This document shows positions 1-9,424 of a stretch of DNA of 64,000 nucleotides, in pieces (within the stretch, counting starts at the first letter, position 1; each line of letters opens with the position of its first letter). A program made the translations under genes and the position numbers. This stretch comes from Clostridia bacterium (GTDB lineage: Bacteria; Bacillota; Clostridia; Oscillospirales; CAG-272), in contig JAFVWS010000035.1 of assembly GCA_017501545.1 (NCBI GenBank), forward strand, positions 11,408 through 75,407. The letters are read 5' to 3'. The notes beneath the pieces were generated by a model, which was not told where the DNA came from, did not search any database, and saw nothing but the letters and a program-made list of their open reading frames with translations.

Positions 1-1223
1 AACTTTTCCATTGCGCGAAGGAGGTAGTCAAGACGCTCCTCTCTTTGTGAGCCACCAATTAGCTCGCCAACGCCAGGAACAAGCATATCCATTGCGGCAA
101 CAGTCTTTCCGTCATCGTTTAGGCGCATATAGAAGGCTTTAATATCTGCTGGGTAGTCGGTAACGAATACTGGCTTACCAAATACCTCCTCGGTGATGTA
201 TCTTTCATGCTCTGTTTGAAGGTCGATGCCCCATTTAACTGGGTACTCGAATTTCTTACCGCTCTTTTCAAGAATTTCGATAGCCTCAGTGTAGGTAACG
301 TGACCGAAATCGTTTGAAACTAAGTTATTAAGACGGTTGAGCAGGGTTGTATCAACAAATTTATTAAAGAATTCAATTTCAGCTGGACATTCCTTCATTA
401 CGTATCTTACAACGTACTTAATCATATCCTCGGCGAGGCGCATATCGTCCTTAAGGTCTGCAAATGCAATTTCTGGCTCCATCATCCAGAATTCCGCCGC
501 GTGACGAGCAGTATTTGAACGCTCAGCACGGAAGGTTGGGCCAAAGGTATATACGTTTGCAAATGCCATAGCGTAGGTCTCTGCGCTTAATTGTCCTGAA
601 ACGGTTAAGTTAACGCTCTTTCCAAAGAAATCCTTTGTAAAGTCGATTTTTCCGTCCTGTGTCCTTGGCAGATTATCAAGGTCGAGAGTTGTTAGGCGGA
701 ACATTTCACCAGCACCCTCACAGTCACTTCCTGTAATAATTGGGGTGTGAACGTAAACGAAATTTCTTTCGTTAAAGAATTTATGAATTGCAAAGGCAGC
801 AACTGAGCGAACTCTAAACACTGCGCTGAAAAGATTTGACCTTGGGCGAAGATGTGCAATCGTACGAAGGTACTCAAGGGTATGTCTTTTCTTTTGAAGT
901 GGGTAGTCAGGAGTTGATTGTCCCTCTACCTCAATTTTCTTTGCTTTAATTTCAAATGGCTGCTTAGCCTCTGGTGTTAGAACGAGAGTACCATTTACGA
1001 TAAGAGACGCACCCACGTTTTGCTTTGCTATTTCATTGTAATTTTCAAGAAATTCAGCCTCAAAAACCACTTGTAGATTTGTGAAGTAGCTACCATCATT
1101 TAATTCAATAAAGCCGAATGCATTGCTTGAACGAATCGTCCTTGCCCAGCCTGCAACAGTGATTTCCTTATCTGCAAATTTTTCAGGGGTTGCAAAAATT
1201 TCTTTTACAGTTGTTCTTATCAT
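1..1223 (-). CDS. asnS: asparagine--tRNA ligase, first ~407 codons (3' end of the gene lies beyond the window start)
   Basis: Absent from the ORF track because it is open at the window edge. My minus-strand translation from ATG 1221-1223 reads [45 protein letters not shown] (OB-fold N-terminus). It later reads [24 protein letters not shown], a class IIb synthetase motif typical of AsnRS. An AGAGAGGG RBS lies upstream. Confidence 0.88.
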   Translation of the reverse strand, partial: MIRTTVKEIFATPEKFADKEITVAGWARTIRSSNAFGFIELNDGSYFTNLQVVFEAEFLENYNEIAKQNVGASLIVNGTLVLTPEAKQPFEIKAKKIEVEGQSTPDYPLQKKRHTLEYLRTIAHLRPRSNLFSAVFRVRSVAAFAIHKFFNERNFVYVHTPIITGSDCEGAGEMFRLTTLDLDNLPRTQDGKIDFTKDFFGKSVNLTVSGQLSAETYAMAFANVYTFGPTFRAERSNTARHAAEFWMMEPEIAFADLKDDMRLAEDMIKYVVRYVMKECPAEIEFFNKFVDTTLLNRLNNLVSNDFGHVTYTEAIEILEKSGKKFEYPVKWGIDLQTEHERYITEEVFGKPVFVTDYPADIKAFYMRLNDDGKTVAAMDMLVPGVGELIGGSQREERLDYLLRAMEK

Positions 1224-1314
1224 TTTTATGCCCTCTCTTATGCCACAATGGGCTTAGTAGTTATAAAATATTTAATATTATATCACCATAAATACAGTTT
1301 TACAATACTTTTTA

Positions 1315-3690
1315 TTATTTTTTCCAAAATTCGGTTACTTCCTTTAGTAAATCCTTGGCATTGTCTATGTATTTTACGTGCTTCCAGTAATCGGGAAAGA
1401 GTGCGTGGTATTCTGGAGTGGCGAAGCGGTCATCAACCAAAAATACAACTCCCTTTTCGTCCTCACTACGGATTACGCGCCCTGCCGCCTGCATAACCTT
1501 AATCATTCCTGGATAGGTATATGCGTATGCATAGCCGTTTTCTCGTGTTTTGTCGTAGTATTCCTTGATTATGTTTAATTCGCTTGAGATGGTAGGTAGC
1601 CCGACGCCAACGACAATTGCACCGATTAGCCTTTCACCTCGAAGGTCAATACCCTCAGAAAAGCTACCGCCAAGGACGCAAAAGCCGACCATTGTGCCTT
1701 CCTTTTTTGAATCAAATGAGTCTAAAAATTCCTTTTTTGCCCTTTCTGACATACTCTTTTTTTGGTAGGTCACGCTTATTTTGGGGTACTTCTTTTCAAA
1801 AATCTCGCCAACCTCAGTAAGATACTGATACGACGGGAAATAAACTATATAGTTGCCCACCTTGCCCTCAATGGCGGCACGGATTATGTTGGCAACCGTT
1901 GAGGCGCTCTTTTTTCTGTCCTCGTACCTTGTGCTTACGTTTCTTACTCCGACAAGGCATAGCTTGTTTTTGTCAAACGGAGATTTTAGGGTAAGGGTTT
2001 TTTCACCGTCACAGCCTAAAATATCTGCAAAATAGTCAAGCGGGGTCAGCGTTGCTGAGAATAAAATAGAGGAAACACCCTTTTTCATATTCTCGTTTAG
2101 CATGTGTGATGGGTCAAGGCACATAAGATTTAGGGTCACGTCCTCGCCTACGGCTGAAATAAACATAGTAAAGCGCTTGTCAAAGATTTCCGAGATAGAA
2201 ATAAGCTTTTTCGCGTTCATATATACTGCGTGCATCTCGTCATCATCAAGCTCCCTTGCGAAGTGCTTTTTGCACCCTGTCATAAGCTTATAAAACGGGT
2301 CGCACAGGTCCTCCGGAATTTGCGAATTTATATAAAATCCGCACACCTCCCCCTCTATTTCTTGCTTTTCTGTCATCGCAAGCTCATAAAACAGGTCGAA
2401 CTTGTTTAGTATCTCGGCAAGAGGCTCGCCGATGAATTTATCCTCGCTATATCTATTTGAAAGGGACAAAAATTCACTGCGAGAAAGTGTGACTGAATAC
2501 ATCTCGCGCGCTCGGTCTGGTAGGTTGTGTGCCTCGTCGATTAGGAATATCTTTTGTGCGCCGTCTGGGTACTCAAAATATCTTCTTAGGTATGCGTTTA
2601 AATCAAATAGGTAGTTATAGTCGCACACAACAAGCTCACACCATTCGGAAAGTTCGAGGGATAGCTCGTATGAGCATACGCCGTGCTTTGCGCTTATTTC
2701 GTCGATTATGTCCTTTGTGTAGGTTCTATAATTCGTCAATAGCTCATATATTGCATCGTTTATTTTGTCAAAATAACCACGGGTAACGTGGCAGTGCTTG
2801 GGGTCGCATTTCCTTCTCTGGCTTGGCAAAAAGCTTACACAGCATTTATCCTTTGAGGAAAGATGAATTGAGCGCAGGCTTGGAATTTGGTCACGCATTA
2901 TGTCAATTGCGTTAAGGGCTGAAAGCGCTGTTGTGGTTTTGCCAGTGAAGTAGAAAATCTTGTCGGCATACCCCTCGCCAAGCGACTTTAGTGCTGGGTA
3001 TAGTGACGCCATTGTCTTGCCTGTGCCAGTTGGCGCCTCAGCAACTAATCTTTTGTGAGAGTGTATTGCCTTAAATGCTTCGACGATTAATTCTCTCTGC
3101 CCCTCTCTTGCGCCACTTTCAAATGGGAAGCGAAGTGCGTGAAGCTCCGAAAGTGTTTTTGTTGATTTCTCCTTGATAATTTTCGCAAATGGAGAAAAAT
3201 AGCTTATTGCCTTGTCAAACGCTTGAATTAGCTCCTCACGTGTTGACTCCTTTGAGTATTCTCTTGCCTCATCTGTGCCGTCACGGAAAAAGCTAACGTT
3301 AATTTGAATGGTTGATTGCTTTGATTTTTCATACATTATGTATGCTGAAAGCATAGATGACACAAGTGCAATTTCAAGCTCTCCATTTTCTATGTCGTCA
3401 AGTCTATATGGTACGGTATATACTGCGTCAATTAAGTAGCCGTGCTCACCCGTGCGCACACACTCCGGGTAAGTATATAAGACAACCTTTATTCCGCCCT
3501 GCATGGTGGTAAAGGTATATGCGTCAACTATGTTCGGCTTTTTTTCATGTATTTTATGAGAAATTATTGATGCGCCGTTTTTGTTGCCATTTACAAAGCG
3601 CGCCTCTATGCTTCCGCCACGATAAACAAACGATGCAAGCTCAGAAGCGCTTATATACACACTATCTGTTTCTTTATCATAAACGCACAT
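1315..3690 (-). CDS. DinG/XPD(Rad3)-family ATP-dependent DNA helicase with an Fe-S Cys cluster and an extra ~190-aa N-terminal domain
   Basis: 791-aa ORF with a GGAGGT RBS. Walker A is AEAPTGTGKT and the DEAH box is IDEAHNL. A Cys cluster (KCCVSF..RRKCDPKHCH..) sits between the helicase motifs, as in XPD/DinG. The C-terminal motif is QAAGRVIRSEDEKG. Confidence 0.8.
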   Translation of the reverse strand: MCVYDKETDSVYISASELASFVYRGGSIEARFVNGNKNGASIISHKIHEKKPNIVDAYTFTTMQGGIKVVLYTYPECVRTGEHGYLIDAVYTVPYRLDDIENGELEIALVSSMLSAYIMYEKSKQSTIQINVSFFRDGTDEAREYSKESTREELIQAFDKAISYFSPFAKIIKEKSTKTLSELHALRFPFESGAREGQRELIVEAFKAIHSHKRLVAEAPTGTGKTMASLYPALKSLGEGYADKIFYFTGKTTTALSALNAIDIMRDQIPSLRSIHLSSKDKCCVSFLPSQRRKCDPKHCHVTRGYFDKINDAIYELLTNYRTYTKDIIDEISAKHGVCSYELSLELSEWCELVVCDYNYLFDLNAYLRRYFEYPDGAQKIFLIDEAHNLPDRAREMYSVTLSRSEFLSLSNRYSEDKFIGEPLAEILNKFDLFYELAMTEKQEIEGEVCGFYINSQIPEDLCDPFYKLMTGCKKHFARELDDDEMHAVYMNAKKLISISEIFDKRFTMFISAVGEDVTLNLMCLDPSHMLNENMKKGVSSILFSATLTPLDYFADILGCDGEKTLTLKSPFDKNKLCLVGVRNVSTRYEDRKKSASTVANIIRAAIEGKVGNYIVYFPSYQYLTEVGEIFEKKYPKISVTYQKKSMSERAKKEFLDSFDSKKEGTMVGFCVLGGSFSEGIDLRGERLIGAIVVGVGLPTISSELNIIKEYYDKTRENGYAYAYTYPGMIKVMQAAGRVIRSEDEKGVVFLVDDRFATPEYHALFPDYWKHVKYIDNAKDLLKEVTEFWKK

Positions 3691-3760
3691 ATTTTACCTC
3701 CTTGACTTTTATTTCTTTTTGTAATATAATTGTTTTAGTAATTTTTGAAGGGGGATAAAA

Positions 3761-4393
3761 ATGATTATCGACCAAAAGAAAACAACCCTTGCTTATAGAT
3801 GCCCTCACTGTGGCTCTGTGCCAACAAGCATGGTTGGTGCATTTTCCTTAAGCGGTGACTTGTTTAAGCTTAAATGCTCCTGTGGGCACAGCCACCTAAC
3901 AGTTGAAAAAACACGCGAGGATAAATTGCGCCTAACGGTGCCTTGTCTTGTATGTCCTCAACCACACTCATATATACTTTCTAAAAATGTATTTTTTGGC
4001 AGTGATATTTTCGTAATTCCTTGCTCACTTTGTGGAATTGATATTTGCTTTATCGGTAAGGAGCGTGAGGTTGCCAGTGCAGTTGTACGCTCAAACGACG
4101 AAATATTAAAATCACTTGGTGACACTCCTATTGACAGCCTACGTGGCAAGGAGGAAGAGGAATATACAGACCCTGCAATTTTCGATATGATTACTTACGT
4201 AATCAGCGACTTAAACGACGAGGGTAAGATTTACTGTCGTTGTCCCGAGGGTCATGGTGACTATTTAGCAAAAATTTTAAATGACAGTGTTGAAATTGAA
4301 TGTAAAAATTGTGGTGCAAAATCAACCATCCCTGCAAGAAGCACGCAAAATGCAGAGGATTTTTTGCACACTGAGAGTCTTACATTAAAATAA
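3761..4393 (+). CDS. hypothetical cysteine-rich protein (several CxxC/CxC zinc-ribbon-like pairs)
   Basis: 210-aa ORF preceded by a GAAGGGGG RBS. Cys pairs are CPHCG..CSCGH, CLVCP, CSLCG..C and CRCPEGH..CKNCG. An intrinsic terminator follows. I recognise no family. Confidence 0.6.
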   Translation: MIIDQKKTTLAYRCPHCGSVPTSMVGAFSLSGDLFKLKCSCGHSHLTVEKTREDKLRLTVPCLVCPQPHSYILSKNVFFGSDIFVIPCSLCGIDICFIGKEREVASAVVRSNDEILKSLGDTPIDSLRGKEEEEYTDPAIFDMITYVISDLNDEGKIYCRCPEGHGDYLAKILNDSVEIECKNCGAKSTIPARSTQNAEDFLHTESLTLK

Positions 4394-4396
4394 GGT

Positions 4397-4426
4397 AAAA
4401 CGGCTTTTTGCCGTTTTTCTTTTTTC
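4397..4426 (+). terminator. intrinsic terminator
   Basis: AAAACGGC-TTTTT-GCCGTTTT hairpin followed by a TCTTTTTT run. Confidence 0.75.
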
Positions 4427-4512
4427 GGTAACGTTTTATCTTTTTCGACATAGTATTATATCAGAGGGGCAGGCATCACCCTTCCCTCAATCTTAAGTAA
4501 AGGAACCTTCAT

Positions 4513-4623
4513 ATGGAGAACGGTAATACTATGAATAACTGTCTTTGCAATCTTTTTGATAACGATATCATTTGGATAATAGTTCTTGCTGCTATTGTTC
4601 TTTGCTGTTGCTGCCATAACTAA
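4513..4623 (+). CDS. candidate 36-aa hydrophobic Cys-rich small protein
   Basis: Below the size cutoff of the ORF track. ATG 4513 is preceded by AAAGGAAC about 8 nt upstream. The translation is MENGNTMNNCLCNLFDNDIIWIIVLAAIVLCCCCHN. A strong terminator follows. The composition resembles the small YjcZ-like spore-associated peptides of Firmicutes, but that is recollection only. Confidence 0.4.
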   Translation: MENGNTMNNCLCNLFDNDIIWIIVLAAIVLCCCCHN

Positions 4624-4643
4624 GGCTTAGCATAAGCTTTTTT

Positions 4644-4686
4644 AAAAAACCCACAAGCTCAAAGGTTTGTGGGTTTTTGTTTTTTC
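4644..4686. terminator. bidirectional intrinsic terminator between the small ORF and ispH/S1
   Basis: CCCACAA (4650-4656) pairs with TTGTGGG (4667-4673). An A-run lies on one side and a T-run on the other. Confidence 0.8.
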
Positions 4687-4688
4687 AA

Positions 4689-6737
4689 TTATTCAGCGTC
4701 CTCAGCCGCAGGAGCTTCCTCGGCTACTGCCTCAGTTGCTTCCTCAGCTACTGCTTCCTCTGCTGCTTCCTCATTTTCAGGAAGAAGTGCGCGAGATGAG
4801 AGTGAAACCTTTTTGTTTTCCTCATCAATTGCAACAATTTTAGCCTCAATTGTTTCGCCAACCTTGAGTACGTTAGCTACTGAGTCAATCTTCTTGTCTG
4901 CGATTTGGCTGATGTGGATAAGGCCATCAACGCCTGGTACGATTTGTGCAAATGCACCGAAGGTTGTAACACCAACAATCTTTACCTCTGCAGTGTCACC
5001 CTCGCTATATTGTGACTTAAAGATGTTCCAAGGATTTTGGTCATCTGTCTTGTAGCCGAGTGAGATTTTTCCATTTTCCTTATCAACGCTCTTTACAAAC
5101 ACTGTAATCTTGTCGCCAACGCTTACAACCTCGCTTGGGTGCTTGAGTCTCTTCCAAGAAAGCTCAGTAATATGTACAAGGCCATCAACTGCGCCAAGGT
5201 CAACGAATGCACCGTATGATGCAAGGGACTTAACTGTACCCTCGATAACTGTGCCCTCCTCGATAGATGCCCAGAACGCTTCCTTTTCAGCCTTTTTCTT
5301 TTCTCTTAAAACTGCCTTAATTGAAGCAATTGCCTTTTTCTTGTCGTCCTTAATTTCAACAACCTTAACCTCTTGAGTTGTACCAACAAGAGCGCCCATG
5401 TCGCCGTCCTTTGCAACACCAGTCATTGATGCAGGAACAAATACTCTAACGCCGTCGATAACTGCAACCACGCCACCCTTAGTAGCCTCTGTAATTTTTG
5501 CGTTTACAGTTTCTCCACTTGCTTGATATTCAACAATCTTGTTCCAGTTTTTAACTACGTCAACCTTTTTCTTTGAAAGGATTGCAATTCCGTCTCTGTC
5601 GCTTACGCTGATAACAGATGCGTCAACTGCATCGCCGATTTTGAAAAGGTCTGATAGCTTTTCTTCATTTGAGTCAGTAATTTGATCTCTTGTGATGACA
5701 CCTGTAACTTTTGTGCCAAGGTCAAGTCTGATTTCGTTTTCTGAAATAGACATAACCGTACCGGTAACTGTTGCTCCTGTGTATATTTTAACCTTTGCAC
5801 CCTTCTCGCACTCTTGAGCGAAAAGCTCAGCAAAGCTTTCTTCCATAATCTCGTTCATTGTTTCTTTTACCTCCATTATTAAGCTGTCTGGAGTGGATGC
5901 CCCAGCAGTTATACCAACATTTTTAGCGCCTCCGACAAGATCGGGGTTAATATCGCGATAGGTTTGTATCCAAATAGTCCTTTTACAAAGCCTTTGGCAC
6001 ACTGCCACAAGCTTGGACGTATTTGAGCTTTCCTTGCCGCCGATAACAAGCATTACGTCTGACAAGGACGCCAAGGTGCTTGCCTCAGTCTGTCTTTGCT
6101 CAGTAACACTACATATTGTATCAAAAATTTTTGCATTTGTACAGTATTTTTTGAGAATTTTTTGACATTTTTCCCATAAAGACAGCTTTTGTGTGGTTTG
6201 TGCCACCATATTTACTGCCTTATTTTTTAAATCATTTTTAATTAAATAGGCTTCAAGCTCAGTTTCATCGGGAAAAACAAGGCACTCACTATTTACGTAG
6301 CTAATGATTGATTTTACCTCAGGATGCTCCCTTTGACCTATTACGAAAATAATCTCACCATTTTGAGAGTTTTCGTCAACTATTTTATGTATTTTCTTTA
6401 CGTATGGGCAGGTTGAATCAACAAGTGTAAGGTGCTTACTTCCCTTGGCATACTCCTCAAGGCGTGCTTGCACGTCTCTTTCAATGCCGTGCGTCCTTAT
6501 TACGACATTAACGCTTTTGCCCTCGTTTGCCATTTTAAAAAGCTCGGGCGCGTTTTCGGGAGTAACAATAGTTACGCCGTTTTTTTCAAGATACTCATTA
6601 TACTGCTCGTTGTGGATAAGCTTTCCAAGAGTGCATATTACGTCATTCTCGGTCTTGCTTTTAATTAATTCCTCAACTATACCAGTCGCCCTTTTCACAC
6701 CAAAGCAAAAGCCCGCATTCTTCGCTATTCTAATCAT
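4689..6737 (-). CDS. ispH: bifunctional 4-hydroxy-3-methylbut-2-enyl diphosphate reductase (IspH/LytB) fused to four S1 RNA-binding domains
   Basis: The N-terminal ~280 aa are LytB-like (MIRIAKNAGFCFGVKRA.., TLGKLIHN, STCPYV, ITAGASTP). The C-terminal part carries repeated S1 motifs (G.V..I...G..V.LG..V.G.IH.S.I) and an acidic tail. Confidence 0.9.
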   Translation of the reverse strand: MIRIAKNAGFCFGVKRATGIVEELIKSKTENDVICTLGKLIHNEQYNEYLEKNGVTIVTPENAPELFKMANEGKSVNVVIRTHGIERDVQARLEEYAKGSKHLTLVDSTCPYVKKIHKIVDENSQNGEIIFVIGQREHPEVKSIISYVNSECLVFPDETELEAYLIKNDLKNKAVNMVAQTTQKLSLWEKCQKILKKYCTNAKIFDTICSVTEQRQTEASTLASLSDVMLVIGGKESSNTSKLVAVCQRLCKRTIWIQTYRDINPDLVGGAKNVGITAGASTPDSLIMEVKETMNEIMEESFAELFAQECEKGAKVKIYTGATVTGTVMSISENEIRLDLGTKVTGVITRDQITDSNEEKLSDLFKIGDAVDASVISVSDRDGIAILSKKKVDVVKNWNKIVEYQASGETVNAKITEATKGGVVAVIDGVRVFVPASMTGVAKDGDMGALVGTTQEVKVVEIKDDKKKAIASIKAVLREKKKAEKEAFWASIEEGTVIEGTVKSLASYGAFVDLGAVDGLVHITELSWKRLKHPSEVVSVGDKITVFVKSVDKENGKISLGYKTDDQNPWNIFKSQYSEGDTAEVKIVGVTTFGAFAQIVPGVDGLIHISQIADKKIDSVANVLKVGETIEAKIVAIDEENKKVSLSSRALLPENEEAAEEAVAEEATEAVAEEAPAAEDAE

Positions 6738-7417
6738 TTATGCTTATTTGTCTTTCTATCAATTTCTTCTTGAATTTTTGCTATTTTTTCCGGTGGGAGT
6801 GGCTTTCTTTCAATCACGTTGTTCATCTCGCAAATTTGGTCAAAGGCAACTCTTGCAATTTTTCTGTTTCTTTCCATACCAGAAAGCTCAGGGAATGCTA
6901 AGTCCTCTGGTGAGAGGTACTTGCCTATTACAAACTCGGTTTTTCTGAAAAGGCCCATTCTGTTTCTTTTTGTCCTTATACAAACGGGCAAAATTCCAAC
7001 GCCTGCACGTGATGCAAGCATACCTATGCCCTCCTTAGGCTCAGTATCTCTTGGGTCGATATATGAGCATCTTGTGCCTTGTGGGAAAATACCTATGCAG
7101 TCGCCACCCTTTAAAATTTCAATGGTTTTCTTAAGTGCGGCAATATCGCTGGCACCTCTATCAACACCATACGCACCCATGACCTTTGCAAGTCCCCTTA
7201 AAAACGGGGTATGAAATACCTCTTTTTTTGCCATAAAGCGAATTTTACGCTTTGAATATATAACCATTGGCACAACGTCAAAAAGGTGTGAGTGATTTGC
7301 GCAAATTATATATGGCTTATCTGTTTCGGGGAAATTTTCCGGGTTTACGACCTTTATCCTATATAGGATTTTAAAAATCCAACCGAAGGCGTATTTTATA
7401 AAGCTGTACATTTTCAT
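6734..7417 (-). CDS. plsC: 1-acyl-sn-glycerol-3-phosphate acyltransferase
   Basis: HX4D motif NHSHLFD and acyltransferase motif IFPQGTR. Overlaps the flanking genes by 4 nt, which indicates an operon. Confidence 0.85.
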   Translation of the reverse strand: MKMYSFIKYAFGWIFKILYRIKVVNPENFPETDKPYIICANHSHLFDVVPMVIYSKRKIRFMAKKEVFHTPFLRGLAKVMGAYGVDRGASDIAALKKTIEILKGGDCIGIFPQGTRCSYIDPRDTEPKEGIGMLASRAGVGILPVCIRTKRNRMGLFRKTEFVIGKYLSPEDLAFPELSGMERNRKIARVAFDQICEMNNVIERKPLPPEKIAKIQEEIDRKTNKHK

Positions 7418-8079
7418 AGTTGAACCTTCGACTTAATAATTTCTATTACAGCCTCAACTGTACCCTCAATATCAAGATTTGAGTTATCAAGCATAACTGC
7501 ATCCTTAGCTGGAATAGCTGGTGCTGTTTTTCTTGTGGAGTCATTGTGGTCACGAGTTTTTATATCCTCGAGTACGCTTTCAAGTGTGCAATTTTCGCCC
7601 TTAGCAACAAGCTCAAGGTAGCGTCTTTGCGCCCTTGCCTCGGCTGACGCAAACATAAATATTTTAACCTCGGCATCCGGCAAAATAACCGTGCCGATAT
7701 CACGTCCGTCCATTACCACGCTGTTTTCACGTGCGATTTTTCTTTGGGTTTCAAGTAAAAATGTGCGCACCTCAGGAATTGCACTTACACGGGATGCGTA
7801 CATTGCAATTTCTCCAGTTCTTATTGTATCGCCAACGTTTACCCCATTAAGTGTCACTATTTGCTCTCCGTTTATAAATTCCATACCAAGGTTAATTTCG
7901 GGAAGCAGGGAAATTACCTTTTCCTCGTCGTCCTTGCTAACGCCTTGATTTCTTACGTAGAGACCAACGGTGCGATAAAGCGCCCCTGTATCTACGTAGA
8001 TTATTCCTAATTTTTTCGCAAGTGCCTTAGCAACTGTGCTTTTTCCCGCCCCACTTGGTCCGTCAAGTGCAATTTTCAT
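7414..8079 (-). CDS. cmk: cytidylate kinase
   Basis: N-terminus reads IALDGPSGAGKSTVAKALAKKLG..YVDTGALYR, and DGRDIGTV follows. This is a typical Cmk. Confidence 0.9.
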   Translation of the reverse strand: MKIALDGPSGAGKSTVAKALAKKLGIIYVDTGALYRTVGLYVRNQGVSKDDEEKVISLLPEINLGMEFINGEQIVTLNGVNVGDTIRTGEIAMYASRVSAIPEVRTFLLETQRKIARENSVVMDGRDIGTVILPDAEVKIFMFASAEARAQRRYLELVAKGENCTLESVLEDIKTRDHNDSTRKTAPAIPAKDAVMLDNSNLDIEGTVEAVIEIIKSKVQL

Positions 8080-8111
8080 TTAATACCTCCAGTTTGCCTA
8101 TTGGCAATTAT

Positions 8112-9353
8112 TTAATCCGCCCATGCACTGTGTGTGCCTGCGAGCGCGCCTGTTGAAAATGCAATTTGCAAATTGTAGCCACCTGTGTAGGCGTCCACAT
8201 CTATAACCTCACCTGCAAAGTAGAGTCCCTTTACAATTTTGGATTCCATTGTAGATGGATTAATTTCATTCGTTTTGACTCCACCCTGTGTAACAATTGC
8301 CTCGTTCAAGGGTCGGAAGCCGTAAATTTCAAGGGTAAGAGCCTTTAATGTGTCAACCAAGCACGCCCTTTCCTCTTTCGTGATGGAATTGACCTTTGAG
8401 GTTGGGTCAATGCCACTCCTTTTTATCATAAATGGGATTATTTTTGATGGCAAAAGACCCCCAAGTGAATTTTGAAAGTCCTTGTTTAACTGCTTTGAAA
8501 AATCGGAAAGAACGCGATTATCAAGCGTTTGCCTATCAAGCGCTGGCTTGAAATCAATAATGGCTGAATACTTACCACGCGCCATATTTTTCATATGGCA
8601 GGAGGCTGAAAGAGTAAGCGGTCCACTTATACCGAAATGGGTAAACAGCATCTCTCCAAGCTCCTCAAATACTATTTTGCCAGTTTCATTGTTCTTTATT
8701 TTCAAAACAACGTTTTTAAGTGAAACACCCATAATTTCGGACACGTCCTCGGTTGTTTCCAAGGGAACAAGTGATGGGACAAGTGGCATTATTTCGTGCC
8801 CAAGCTCCTTAGCGAAGCGAAAGCCATCACCATCTGAGCCAGTGCCAGTATACGAGGCACCACCCGTTGCAACTATAACAGCGTCAAAGGTATATTCCCC
8901 ACGTGAGGTTTTTAAGCCAGTTACCTTGCCGTTTTCTGTTAGGATTTTTACAGCCTTTTCATTTTTTATGGTTACACCATAATCACTTAGCGCCTTTTTT
9001 AGTGCGTTTACGATGTCAATTGCCTTGTCGGACACAGGAAAAACACGCCTGCCACGCTCAGTTTTAAGTGGCACACCTGCGTTTTCAAAAAAGTCCTTTG
9101 TGTCGCTTGTTGTAAAATTGCTAATGGACGCGTACAAAAACTTTGGATTGGAGATTACGTTTTTTAAAAACTCACTATTCTCACAATCGTTTGTTACATT
9201 GCATCTGCCCTTGCCTGTTATGGCAAGCTTCTTGCCTAAGCGGTCATTTTTTTCAAAAAGAGTCACCGATGCACCATTTATAGATGCGTAAATAGCGCCC
9301 ATCATACCGGCAGGTCCACCGCCGATTATTGCAACTGTTCTTTGCTCGTACAT
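8112..9353 (-). CDS. NAD(P)/FAD-dependent oxidoreductase, HI0933/BaiN-like family
   Basis: Rossmann motif IIGGGPAGMMGA at the N-terminus. Also GKGRCNVTN, and C-terminal GLYFAGEVIDVDAYTGGYNLQ, typical of this flavoprotein family. Confidence 0.8.
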   Translation of the reverse strand: MYEQRTVAIIGGGPAGMMGAIYASINGASVTLFEKNDRLGKKLAITGKGRCNVTNDCENSEFLKNVISNPKFLYASISNFTTSDTKDFFENAGVPLKTERGRRVFPVSDKAIDIVNALKKALSDYGVTIKNEKAVKILTENGKVTGLKTSRGEYTFDAVIVATGGASYTGTGSDGDGFRFAKELGHEIMPLVPSLVPLETTEDVSEIMGVSLKNVVLKIKNNETGKIVFEELGEMLFTHFGISGPLTLSASCHMKNMARGKYSAIIDFKPALDRQTLDNRVLSDFSKQLNKDFQNSLGGLLPSKIIPFMIKRSGIDPTSKVNSITKEERACLVDTLKALTLEIYGFRPLNEAIVTQGGVKTNEINPSTMESKIVKGLYFAGEVIDVDAYTGGYNLQIAFSTGALAGTHSAWAD

Positions 9354-9424
9354 CGTTTCTCCTTTCGATTATAAAATTCCTTCGCCACGCAAAGCGAGCC
9401 ACCCGCCTTTACAAGGGAGGCTTA

